From the IMG/VR virus record IMGVR_UViG_3300032311_000675, positions 723 to 64,722 of that record: a stretch of 64,000 nt of DNA. The stretch is one strand, 5' to 3'. The notes under the pieces were generated by a model. The model worked only from the letters and a program-made list of their open reading frames with translations. It was not told the DNA's origin and searched no databases. This document shows positions 55,031-64,000 of the stretch, piece by piece; the first letter of the stretch is position 1; each line of letters begins with the position of its first letter. This stretch comes from a virus. Its lineage: Duplodnaviria > Caudoviricetes. Both the position numbers and the translations under genes were made by a program.

Positions 55031-55999
55031 CTACAGCTTGGCCATCAAGAGCTGATACGCCTCTAGGTCGTCCAGTTTGTTAGCCAAGTCTCTAGCATTA
55101 AGCGGGGCTTGTGGAGTTGTGCGGGCGTTACCGCTCGCTGGTTGAATTGACGGAGCCTTGCGGGCGACACTTGGCGAGGGTGCTTTTGCACTAGGGTTGC
55201 GAGGTGCAATCCCAAGCTCATTAGCGGCCATTTGTGTCAGCTTGAATGGCATCGAGGGGTCTTTTACGAGGGGATTCCCTGTATCGACCATAACGTCGAA
55301 GATTTCATTCATCTTCTTAACAAGGGCTGAATCGGCCTTGCCCGCATCGGGATAAAACTCCACGGCACGAGCTTTCGCTTCTTCGATTCCCTTGGCACGT
55401 TGCGTCTGCTGAACATTTTCACGCTCCACGGCCATCTTTTCAGATTTCCGAAGCTCTCTGTTCAGTTTCAGCATCTCGACTTCAAGTTCGGCAACCTTGT
55501 CGAATTCAAGATTCTTAAAAGCGGCGGCTTTCGCCTGTGCTACTTCTTCAATCTTGTTTTCGATGTCGGCGGGAGCTACGAACTGCTCCTCTTGTGCCTT
55601 GGCTGGTTCAGCCTCTCCTTTGACCATGGCCATAGCCTGTTCAAGGGTGAGGTCTGGATTCCTAGCCCGAATCTTGAGAGCTTTGCGTTCATTCTCCGAC
55701 CAGCTTCCGATCCGCACCCTTTCGGGGAGTTCGGCTTCTGCTTCTGGAGTCTCGTCTTCGGCCTTGGGTTCGACTGGAGCTTCCTCGACCGCAGGGGCTT
55801 GTTCAGCCGTAGGCTCTTCCTTGGGAGCCTCTGGAGTCGGGGCGGGTTCCGCCGATTCTTTTAAGCCTTGAACGAGTTCGTGATAAGCACGCTCATCAAG
55901 TGTCGCCACGTTAGATTCCGTCCGTGCAGTAACTTGTGGTTCTGCACCCGTTGTTTGAGGGGTTATCTCGGCTTGCGCCAGAGTGTTATTTTCGCTCAT
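55031..55999 (-). CDS. Scaffolding protein (start revised)
   Basis: E/A/P-rich then coiled-coil, directly upstream of the capsid gene. Confidence 0.75.
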   Translation of the reverse strand: MSENNTLAQAEITPQTTGAEPQVTARTESNVATLDERAYHELVQGLKESAEPAPTPEAPKEEPTAEQAPAVEEAPVEPKAEDETPEAEAELPERVRIGSWSENERKALKIRARNPDLTLEQAMAMVKGEAEPAKAQEEQFVAPADIENKIEEVAQAKAAAFKNLEFDKVAELEVEMLKLNRELRKSEKMAVERENVQQTQRAKGIEEAKARAVEFYPDAGKADSALVKKMNEIFDVMVDTGNPLVKDPSMPFKLTQMAANELGIAPRNPSAKAPSPSVARKAPSIQPASGNARTTPQAPLNARDLANKLDDLEAYQLLMAKL

Positions 56000-56048
56000 G
56001 ACATAAGCCAAAAGATCCATAGCAAGAACGGAAGAGATTTGTTAGTGG

Positions 56049-56059
56049 ATGCGACGCAT
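56049..56059. promoter_or_regulatory. Bidirectional late-type palindrome ATGCGACGCAT (perfect)
   Basis: Centre 56054 is 55 bp from ATG 55999 (-) and 54 bp from ATG 56108 (+). Confidence 0.75.
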
Positions 56060-56107
56060 AGTGATAGGCGAGGTTGCTCGATGGGATCGAGGGAGGATTA
56101 GTTGAGC

Positions 56108-56653
56108 ATGAGCAATATGAAATCCCTTGGCCCGCTAGGGGTTAGTCCAGCGTCTGGGTATGGGTATGTTTCTGGGTCGAATGCCGCAAGGTTTTTTGGT
56201 GAGGGGACTATCACCCCCAAGTTCTTTGCTTGGCACGCATTTTTCCAGATCCGACCAGGAAAGTTTACTGGTAGCGTTATGTCAAAATATTATGTCGGCC
56301 CTAAAGGCTCATTTATTTACGGATCTACAGTTGAAGTTCAAGGCCTTGACGAAGCGCTAACTCCAGCAGGGACAAAGACTTATGTATATATTGAGTGCGG
56401 TGTAACAGATGCGGCGATAACTACCGCTGAAATCAAGGGGTACTCAACTCAAAAGCCCTTGTTTGAGCCAGAGGCCGAACTTGCGGAGCAGACGAAGGTA
56501 CGTCACTTCCTTGGCGTTGTTGTAAAGCAGAGGCCGTTTCCAAAATTTGGGCATAATTTAACCTACCCAGTAATTCAAAGCTCATTTTCTGTCCCAATCG
56601 CCGTCCCTGCGTGTATCAATGGATATCGTGGGGTTCTGATTACAACTTCATGA
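56108..56653 (+). CDS. Putative tail-associated protein
   Basis: First gene of the oppositely oriented late cassette. Confidence 0.6.
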   Translation: MSNMKSLGPLGVSPASGYGYVSGSNAARFFGEGTITPKFFAWHAFFQIRPGKFTGSVMSKYYVGPKGSFIYGSTVEVQGLDEALTPAGTKTYVYIECGVTDAAITTAEIKGYSTQKPLFEPEAELAEQTKVRHFLGVVVKQRPFPKFGHNLTYPVIQSSFSVPIAVPACINGYRGVLITTS

Positions 56654-59214
56654 AGGGCAGACGCACTTCCTTCCAGCGTTTTGGGAGTATGGTCGGAGTT
56701 CAAGGGTCATCTCTTAACAAGTGGCCGAGGGGTTATGAAGTCCGTAGGGACATGGACACACCCATATCCAGCTCTCCTCCAACAGATCAGTCTGATGGCA
56801 AAGGCATTTATAACCTAACGCTAAAAAATAACGACAAGCTTGAATACACGCCGTCAGAGGCCGACATGGGTGAAGAGGTGTATGGATGTATCACATCTGG
56901 ATACACGAAAAACCAGAAAGCTCCTCAAATCGAGTACAATACAGATATCGCTATAGCTAACAGGCGAGAGAGAGAAGATTACGAAGCCGAGAAATATCAC
57001 TTCTCTAGCTCTGGGCGCATTTGGGCAGTTGGAGAGAACCGAGAGGTTGGAAGTGTAGATAGTTCCTGTATCCCTACAGAAAATGTCCCGCTAGTAGCTA
57101 ATTCCAAGTTCAAGATGAAGTTTTGGGATGAAGCAACAAGCAAAATGATAGAAATCCCGAAGGGTGCTGGATTCACTTCTGGAAGTTTGGTTAGGCCGAT
57201 CGCTTTCAGCGATAAGGCTGACAAAATACCGAATGGTGCTGGAGTGGGTGATATGCGTGCCCACACGATTGAGGGCGTACCAATCAAGATTGCTCATGCA
57301 ATCCTAAATCGTTGCAAGGAGGTCTCCCTAACTGGTTCTGTTGATTACACCATAGAAAGAAACAGCAAGGAGTGTGAGGGTCCAACAACAAGCACTTATA
57401 GTTGGACTTCCGAGAGTGGCCCTAATGGATGTCCACCAGGAACGTGCGAGGACACAAGTGGAAGCATCACGCTTACGTGTGTCTCTGAGAAGCAAACTAC
57501 AAAGGTTGGCCTTACTGGCTCGATTGACATGACTGCCTATAGGTACAAGCAACTATCTGATGTTTGGGAAGACCCAACGTCGCTAGATTTATCCCTAAAT
57601 TACTTTTATGGAAGCGTGGAAGATGGTGCTTCGTTAAGGAAAGTCTCACTTTCGAGTTGCGAGCCAGAAACAGACAGCGTCCAAACGCCAATTCCTCCAC
57701 CGACGCTTGAATATATCACTGATTACGACAAGCAGACAAAGTTAAGCTCTGGATGTCTGGTCTACCCGCACTCTAACAACACCATCCTTTGCGCCACGCT
57801 AGAGGACAACCTAAAGACAACTGACTTTACTGCGGATAACTGCATTCCAAGTACGGCAAAGACAACTTACGACCTAATCACAACGCCATACTCATTTTAT
57901 GTCTACGCAAATTATTTTTATGACATAGATAATTTTTTCCCAGACGGAGTTCCTCGTGGCCTCCCGCAGATATGCCCACAGCTTATTGCTGGCCCAAGCC
58001 TTGAAGCTTTTTTTCAAGGTGATGGCTGGGATTTTAGCGGGATTGGAATTGAGGGGCCAGAGCCTTGGTATACTGATAACGACTGCGGAGATAAGGCTCA
58101 AAACTATAAGAACTACAAAATGGATTGGAAAGGTACTGGCCTCAAGAAGGTCATTCTATCTGGAGCGTGCGGAAATGGCTTTGCTGGTATGGGTAAATAT
58201 GACAGGGAGGGTTCTAGCGGTTGCAAATGCGACTCGGGTTGCGAGGCGTGTACAAACAAATACGGAGACTTAAAGTTCAGCTGTGAATGCCAGCCCCTGT
58301 GCAATGATCCAGATTATAGCGGTGGTTTTGATGAAAACCCATGCAATGGCGAGCGCAAGGACAAGTGTGATGGTAATTTCAGGGCTAGGATTGCAATCGG
58401 AAAATATGTCGGAGTCGAAAATTACCCAGAGTACAAACTTTACAATGTTGCGCCAGTTCCGCTTTCAACAAAGGCAACAACAAAGACAGAAGATCTGACT
58501 CTGTGGTGGTTTGCTGCTTTTACGGATATACTTGAGTACGCTTGGTATCTCGAAACTGGATTGCTATCCGTTCCAGTTTTTCTTAACGCTGAAAGCATTA
58601 AGATGCCCTCTGACAATTCTCTAACAAGATATGAGAAAAAAACTGTAGGGAATCTGACAGTCAAATGTGATGACTGGTCAACCACAATACCGCTGTTGGG
58701 CATTTTTGCTATATCCAAAGAGACGGAGTGCATAGGCTCTAGCAACTCTGACGGGTACAACGTAATCGTTGGATCCGAAGCGGGCACACCACGGCAATAT
58801 TGTGTTGGGTGTGACGGGGCGGATTTACAGAGATGCTGTTCGCCAAGCGGATGTAGCGGATCAGAGGGGCAGGGTGATTGTTGCGTGTCAACTTATTGCG
58901 GGATTGATGACCCATGCGGTTATGCTTACAGGTCATCAAAGTATGGGCATGAGTGCGACCAAAACAAAAATGCTGGGGATTGCTCTGGTTCGTGTGAATC
59001 CTCGAATGGAGAGGACTGCGGGTGTTGTGGGTGTAGTTTTGAAGCAGACAACTACTGCGAATCAATATGTCCGCCGATGACAACTTGCAAACCTTACGTT
59101 GTAACCCAGCCATTCAAAGCATTGGGTTGCTACGGCGACGCCCACGAAGAAGACAAACACGAAGCATCAGTAAACCTCACGCTTGAATTCAAACTTTTCA
59201 CAGAAATGGAGTAA
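56650..59214 (+). CDS. Cysteine-rich putative tail/receptor-binding protein
   Basis: About 45 Cys by hand count, clustered (CKCDSGCEAC, CGCCGC); ATGA coupling at 56650. Confidence 0.7.
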   Translation: MKGRRTSFQRFGSMVGVQGSSLNKWPRGYEVRRDMDTPISSSPPTDQSDGKGIYNLTLKNNDKLEYTPSEADMGEEVYGCITSGYTKNQKAPQIEYNTDIAIANRREREDYEAEKYHFSSSGRIWAVGENREVGSVDSSCIPTENVPLVANSKFKMKFWDEATSKMIEIPKGAGFTSGSLVRPIAFSDKADKIPNGAGVGDMRAHTIEGVPIKIAHAILNRCKEVSLTGSVDYTIERNSKECEGPTTSTYSWTSESGPNGCPPGTCEDTSGSITLTCVSEKQTTKVGLTGSIDMTAYRYKQLSDVWEDPTSLDLSLNYFYGSVEDGASLRKVSLSSCEPETDSVQTPIPPPTLEYITDYDKQTKLSSGCLVYPHSNNTILCATLEDNLKTTDFTADNCIPSTAKTTYDLITTPYSFYVYANYFYDIDNFFPDGVPRGLPQICPQLIAGPSLEAFFQGDGWDFSGIGIEGPEPWYTDNDCGDKAQNYKNYKMDWKGTGLKKVILSGACGNGFAGMGKYDREGSSGCKCDSGCEACTNKYGDLKFSCECQPLCNDPDYSGGFDENPCNGERKDKCDGNFRARIAIGKYVGVENYPEYKLYNVAPVPLSTKATTKTEDLTLWWFAAFTDILEYAWYLETGLLSVPVFLNAESIKMPSDNSLTRYEKKTVGNLTVKCDDWSTTIPLLGIFAISKETECIGSSNSDGYNVIVGSEAGTPRQYCVGCDGADLQRCCSPSGCSGSEGQGDCCVSTYCGIDDPCGYAYRSSKYGHECDQNKNAGDCSGSCESSNGEDCGCCGCSFEADNYCESICPPMTTCKPYVVTQPFKALGCYGDAHEEDKHEASVNLTLEFKLFTEME

Positions 59215-59215
59215 T

Positions 59216-59827
59216 ATGAACAAATCAGAACTGGTATGGAACGAAACTGGAATTGTTATGACCCAAGGCCTTATGTGCCTAGAGGTTGACAGGCGAGTTT
59301 TTAAGCTAGATCCAAACTCCCCAGACCAACTGATGCTTGAGCTTGGCCGTACAAAGACCCTCCAGTACGAAAGTTCTAGTAGAACCGCCTATCTCTTTGA
59401 GGCTCCGATGAAGGAAGACGTGCCTCACTTAAGGCCTTTTGTGAAAAGGGGGATGATCGGTAGGTGCTATGAATCAAATGCTTTAACCCATCAGACCATC
59501 ACAAGCGATTGGGTTTGCTCTGTGGATGGCGATATTCTCCCATCTCCTCGGCCTGTCCTTGAGTTGTTTTATAAGGCTCCGTCTCTTGTCCAACAGGCCA
59601 TGTCGTTTGGATCTGCCATAAAAAAGGCTACTTCCGATGGGACTTTAGCGACTAAAGTAAGGCCAGAGACGTTCGCCTTCCGTAAGGAAATCTGTTTTGG
59701 GTGCGAGTACTACGATCCCTCAGCCTTCTTGGGTACTGGAAGGTGCAGGGTGTGTGGGTGTGGGGTTGGAAAACTGCACATGCCGTCCCAGAGCTGTCCT
59801 AAAGGTAAATGGGGTAAAGAAGAATGA
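59216..59827 (+). CDS. Protein with C-terminal Cys cluster (DUF6171-like)
   Basis: RKEICFGC...RCRVCGC...CPKGKW. Confidence 0.7.
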   Translation: MNKSELVWNETGIVMTQGLMCLEVDRRVFKLDPNSPDQLMLELGRTKTLQYESSSRTAYLFEAPMKEDVPHLRPFVKRGMIGRCYESNALTHQTITSDWVCSVDGDILPSPRPVLELFYKAPSLVQQAMSFGSAIKKATSDGTLATKVRPETFAFRKEICFGCEYYDPSAFLGTGRCRVCGCGVGKLHMPSQSCPKGKWGKEE

Positions 59828-61200
59828 TCGTTGTGATGCAGATCTGGGACGGAGACAAGGACGACTCCGTAATGACGGCAAAGGCTGTCAAAGAGGAGTA
59901 CCCCGACTGCCAGCTTGGGATCCTAGCTAATAACTGCGTCCATCCAGAAGAGCTGGAGGGCTATGCTGACTTAATCCATACGACAACCGAGGATGTCTAC
60001 CATGATCGAGCAGGGGGTTTAGCTATCCACGAGCTACTCGTTTTAGGTCTTCGCTTGTCTGGGAAGGTGATCGTTAAGATAGATCCAAACACGGACATAT
60101 CTTTTCAAGAAGGCCTCGAGGAGGAGCTAATCAGGAGCGGGGTGTTCGGTCAGCTTAATATGATCGAAAGAGACCAGTTGCTCGTTTCAGCCAGTATATT
60201 TGCAGTCTCCAGAATCACAGCACGAGAGCTTGTGGATTCCTGTATTCTTCTTGATACGGCCATTCAGAATCCTTCAAAAGGCAACCAAGCAATGCTTCGT
60301 AGGTACTTTAACCCAAAGAAGGGGTTGTCCTCGCACGACTGGCCGATTGCCTATGCCTCATCTGCTTTGGGCATCCCGCACCACTATTCTGGTAAGCTAT
60401 TGAAGGCCTTTCATCACAACCCAAGAGAGCGGGTATCGACAATGATGTTCAAGAAGACTTCCGAGGAGACTTCTAGCGGAATCGTGATTCCTCCAAGTGC
60501 CACAGATTTGCGTTCCGAGATCCTTGCCGAGTCCCCAGAACATATTGGGCTTAACAAGGCCATTGAGTTTCTATCAATGATTTGGGGTAGCGAAGGGGTT
60601 TCCATATCCATGAAGCGTGACCCCGATGCTCGGATGTATATTGGAGATAAGATGGATTCTGATGGGGTTCTTCATCATTCCGCACCCACATTCAACGACA
60701 TAGCAGAAGCCAAGAAGGTGCTTAAAGAAGGTGTGTTTTCTTTCAAGGTAATGAATGCCAAACCAGACAACGGAGCAGGGGTTTCGATGCTTGTCTTGGA
60801 CATTGACCGCCCAGTCCCAGAAGACTGCCAAGCCTCGGTCATCTCAACCTCTCATACCCACTCCCAGATCTTCATGCTGATGGATCAAAACATCACGCAG
60901 GAACAAGCCCTAGAGCTTATCAAAGAAGCCGACTTCGCCGACAAGAGCGGAAGTAAGGCCACAACCTTGCTGGTGGGAGTCCGAGTACCAGGATCTGCGT
61001 CTTACGAGGAGGTTTGCCTACACAATACAACTGAAGACAGATGCACCGCCCATAAGGTTTTGGCTGACGAAAAGGTTCGGCTGGTCAAGCTCGTGGATAA
61101 ATTCTTTACTTACGACGAGGCTCTGGCCGTGATTCGTGGCCTTGCAGAATCCTATAAAGTGCGGCCTCCTGTGACGGAACCAGAGCCAGTACTTCCTTAA
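59824..61200 (+). CDS. Two-domain protein: GT-A-like N-terminus, AEP/RepB-primase-like C-terminus
   Basis: IVKIDPNT...HDW; LVLDID...ISTSHTHSQIF...D...VRVPGS. Confidence 0.5.
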   Translation: MIVVMQIWDGDKDDSVMTAKAVKEEYPDCQLGILANNCVHPEELEGYADLIHTTTEDVYHDRAGGLAIHELLVLGLRLSGKVIVKIDPNTDISFQEGLEEELIRSGVFGQLNMIERDQLLVSASIFAVSRITARELVDSCILLDTAIQNPSKGNQAMLRRYFNPKKGLSSHDWPIAYASSALGIPHHYSGKLLKAFHHNPRERVSTMMFKKTSEETSSGIVIPPSATDLRSEILAESPEHIGLNKAIEFLSMIWGSEGVSISMKRDPDARMYIGDKMDSDGVLHHSAPTFNDIAEAKKVLKEGVFSFKVMNAKPDNGAGVSMLVLDIDRPVPEDCQASVISTSHTHSQIFMLMDQNITQEQALELIKEADFADKSGSKATTLLVGVRVPGSASYEEVCLHNTTEDRCTAHKVLADEKVRLVKLVDKFFTYDEALAVIRGLAESYKVRPPVTEPEPVLP

Positions 61201-61375
61201 CTGCCATATAGGCCGAGTGCCTGTTTTGACGTTCTTCTGGGGTAATTCCCGCCTCTAAAACTGCCTCTTTAAGGCCTTCCAGATGCCTTGAAAGGGTCGG
61301 TAGGTACCACTCGTTGTACCCAGAATTGTCTTTTAACCGCTCTATGAGTGCCAGTTGGCTGGCTGGATCGCTCAT
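61106..61375 (-). CDS. Small portal-adjacent protein (Bbp19-like position)
   Basis: ATGA coupling to the portal; overlaps the convergent gene by 95 nt. Confidence 0.6.
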   Translation of the reverse strand: MSDPASQLALIERLKDNSGYNEWYLPTLSRHLEGLKEAVLEAGITPEERQNRHSAYMAVKEVLALVPSQEAALYRILQGHESRPEPRRK

Positions 61376-63597
61376 GCGGGTGTGGGATTACCGCCAGCTA
61401 GGCCAGCATCAACAGGGACACTTTTCGTTCCACCAACGCTAGGAGCGGGTGAGCTAGGGGATCCAGCTTGGCCGAATACTCGTCCGTCTGGAGTGATTCC
61501 ATTCTGGGTGGGAGGCGGGGCAAAGGGCTGAATGATCGACTCTGCATCCACAATCCCGAGGGCTTTGAGGCTCTGGTTGTAGAACAGGGCGACCTTCTGC
61601 TGAACTTCTGGGGGCAATCCATAGAACTGGGTGACAAGACCCGCCGCTTGAGCGTTGCTCTGGAGCTGTTGCTCTCCGTGGTAGCGGGTCAGAAGGAGTC
61701 GGATATTGATGTTAATATCGGCAATTTCTTCTGGGGTGATTGTCACAAGCTGGACTGCATCGCCTTCCAAGTAGTTGAACATTTCTTTTTTGTTCATGTT
61801 GTCCAACAGGATCAAGACCAGCCGATTGACCACTTGGGACAGGGCTGGCTCCAAGGACATCAAGTACTGCGAGAACATTTCGTTGCCAGCTTGGTCGATG
61901 CTTCGGATGCCAGTAGCCAGCTTGCTCGATGGCAATCCAGAGAACTCTTGGTCGCCACCAGTCATCACGCCCGACTCAAGTTGAACGAGCTGGGTGAAGT
62001 ATTGAAGCATGAAATTGAGATCCTTTTCCTTGGACTCTGGGAGAGCCACATAGGTCAAAGCATCGGCGGCCGCAAAACCTGGGCGGAGGGTATAAGTGCC
62101 TCCCGAATTGAGAATGAGATTTGGATTTGCAGACCCTTCAAAGGTCGCATCTGGACGCCAGAATGTGACTCGCCCGCTTGAGCTTTGGCTGAAATTGAGG
62201 CGGTTAATGGTCAGATCCATGAAGTCTTGCGAGGTCTTGAACTGCTCCACTCCACCCATTCCGTACCAGCGTCCGTCCACAGGGTTCACTCGGACTACTG
62301 TGAAAGGTCTACGGCCATCGGAGGTCACATTTGCCACATACTCGTAGAAGATTGCCCGCTGATTGCGAACATCCAGCAGAAGCATGATTTCTTCGGTGAT
62401 TCCGTCTCCGTTTGCATCGTACCGCAGATAGCATTCTGCAATTTCCATCGTCGGGTTGTTGAAGGTATTGTTTGGCTCGTAAGCCTCGCCACGCTCCGTT
62501 CTGGCCTGTTTAGCACCAGTCTTGGGGATCCCAGACTCGGTTGCAGACAGGCGGATCTGGTCAATCGCCGCTTGGATTCGGAGCATCTCCTCTTCGGGTG
62601 TCTCTTCGCTTTTCGACCCTTTCTTGTTGTAGAGGTCGGCCAGCTCCATAACAGGAGCGTCATAAAGGTGAGCCACAAAGTCGGCATCATCCACAGAGGT
62701 TGCATTGAGTGGGCAAATAAAGTCTTGGTAGTAGACAGGCTCGGCAGTTGGGCCTTCTGAAATGATTGCCCTTCGGCTGATCGTTTGCTCGATGAACACA
62801 GGAACAGGGGGCTGGATCGTGGCCATATCCCGCCTCAAAAGCATAATAGGTTCGCCGATCTCGTTCTGGGCTGGGACAAAGCTGTCCTTATCGGTAATGA
62901 AATCTCCGTCCGTTGCGAGGATTGGCTGGCCGTTTAGATCCACCAGAACCTTGGCATTCCGCTGATAGACTTGCTCTTTTTTAACGTGGGTCGTCTTGAC
63001 CACGCATTCGCCACGGACAAAGGCCAGTTGCAAGGCCATCGCCATGGCATCTTTCACCCCAAGCCTGTTGAACTTGTAGCGAGCATATCGCTCAACCTTG
63101 TCTGCGATGTCCCGATCGGCCGCTCCTTCGGGCAGGGCAGAGAACCAAGGATCTGTGCCAAGGAAGTATTTCTGTGCCTTTGCGATCATTTGCCGAACGA
63201 TACGGCGGGTGACAGGCACGATAAGATTACTCTGCTCGAAGATCCCTCCCATTACCGCTGGACGCCAAGAAACATTGTTTTCGTAGATCCACTCAAAGAT
63301 CTGACGACGACCAAGGAATGTCTCGAAGGCCATCAACGAGGTCGGGTTGGTGTTGTAAGCAGTATTACGGACGATACTTCGCCCCATCTCTACCTCGAGC
63401 TTGCGGAGGCGTTCCCATGCGTGCCGAACCAGCTCCTTTTCTTGCTCTTCGGTCAACTTATAGGCTGTTGGGAAGGCAACCGCAGTAGGGGTTCCGCCAC
63501 CCAAAGCCCGAGCGTTTGGCCCACTTCGGGCAGAATCAAGAGCCTTCTCCAGTTCTTCGGCCTTCTTTACGAGGTTATCTACTTGATTCTCAGCCAT
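61372..63597 (-). CDS. Portal protein
   Basis: P22/T7-like features: RGECVVK, EIAECY, RPF..V...P...WYGMG..E, ATGI; ATG 63597. Confidence 0.9.
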   Translation of the reverse strand: MAENQVDNLVKKAEELEKALDSARSGPNARALGGGTPTAVAFPTAYKLTEEQEKELVRHAWERLRKLEVEMGRSIVRNTAYNTNPTSLMAFETFLGRRQIFEWIYENNVSWRPAVMGGIFEQSNLIVPVTRRIVRQMIAKAQKYFLGTDPWFSALPEGAADRDIADKVERYARYKFNRLGVKDAMAMALQLAFVRGECVVKTTHVKKEQVYQRNAKVLVDLNGQPILATDGDFITDKDSFVPAQNEIGEPIMLLRRDMATIQPPVPVFIEQTISRRAIISEGPTAEPVYYQDFICPLNATSVDDADFVAHLYDAPVMELADLYNKKGSKSEETPEEEMLRIQAAIDQIRLSATESGIPKTGAKQARTERGEAYEPNNTFNNPTMEIAECYLRYDANGDGITEEIMLLLDVRNQRAIFYEYVANVTSDGRRPFTVVRVNPVDGRWYGMGGVEQFKTSQDFMDLTINRLNFSQSSSGRVTFWRPDATFEGSANPNLILNSGGTYTLRPGFAAADALTYVALPESKEKDLNFMLQYFTQLVQLESGVMTGGDQEFSGLPSSKLATGIRSIDQAGNEMFSQYLMSLEPALSQVVNRLVLILLDNMNKKEMFNYLEGDAVQLVTITPEEIADININIRLLLTRYHGEQQLQSNAQAAGLVTQFYGLPPEVQQKVALFYNQSLKALGIVDAESIIQPFAPPPTQNGITPDGRVFGQAGSPSSPAPSVGGTKSVPVDAGLAGGNPTPA

Positions 63598-63631
63598 ATT
63601 CGATTTCAACCATCAATGGCGAGGCGTGCGA

Positions 63632-64000
63632 CTACTTTGTCTGCTTTGCGTCGCCCATTGCATATCTCTGACGGACAATCTGTTCCTCGTATTTGTTGCG
63701 GAGCTTAGAGGCTAGATCTTGAATTCTTTGCTTCTTTTTGTCGGTTGGGTTGGCGATATCGGCTTCGGTAATGTTCACCTCGAACAAGGCCTGTAGCTGG
63801 GGCTGGACAATGGAGTTGAGTGTCTCTTGTTCCCGCAGAGTCAACCGAACCTTCTTTTTGCTGTAGGGATCTGTGATCTCGGCTCTGGGTGAGTTAAGAA
63901 CCCAAGTCTTTCCATCTGTTGAGATCTGTTGCCTGTTGTAGGACTCCACGAACCGATTGAGCTTGGAGGCGGGCTTCTTTTTGTAGACGGCGACAGGGGA
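63632..64000 (-). CDS. C-terminal fragment of a gene entering from outside the window, probably the end of the giant polyprotein
   Basis: Frame open from 64000 (SPVAVYKKKPASKLNRFVESYNR...) to stop at 63632. Confidence 0.65.
   Translation of the reverse strand, partial: SPVAVYKKKPASKLNRFVESYNRQQISTDGKTWVLNSPRAEITDPYSKKKVRLTLREQETLNSIVQPQLQALFEVNITEADIANPTDKKKQRIQDLASKLRNKYEEQIVRQRYAMGDAKQTK
63646..63656. promoter_or_regulatory. Late-type palindrome TTGCGTCGCCC
   Basis: Centre 63651 is 54 bp upstream of portal ATG 63597. Confidence 0.55.

Noticed and set aside
56100-61200. Cassette as an invertible segment for the serine recombinase
   Set aside because: No flanking inverted repeats found by eye; the right end overlaps a coding gene and a shared bidirectional site explains the orientation

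Overview
This window is most of a tailed-phage genome, probably podovirus-like and circularly permuted. It encodes TerL, portal, scaffold, an N4-gp56-type major capsid protein, adaptors, a lysis cassette and a recombination/replication operon (SSAP, Cas4-like nuclease, RusA, initiator). It also holds a serine resolvase beside an iteron-like region and about 12 kb of small leftward early-type genes. The ORF track misses the largest gene, a minus-strand frame open from 15850 past base 1 (>5280 codons). That gene encodes a polyvalent protein whose modules (zincin peptidases, ddrB-like ParB, Strawberry-notch helicase, sigma70/ECF-like domain) are separated by a recurring (L/M)x(S/A)RG(L/I) motif. 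The best candidate for a new system is a two-tier, largely leaderless transcription programme. Tier 1 is 16 copies of G(C/G)AACAC-N4-GGACTC-N6-[+1] before early genes, which may be read by a sigma module cut out of the virion-delivered polyprotein. Tier 2 is 7 copies of the palindrome ATGCGWCGCAT, centred 54-56 bp upstream of nine mostly late start codons; two of these copies serve divergent gene pairs symmetrically. Other notable items are three Ser-rich genes that look like a split Trypco2-like domain, two structured ncRNA candidates and an origin-like element apparently displaced from its initiator gene. All domain calls come from reading motifs by eye; no database searches were run.
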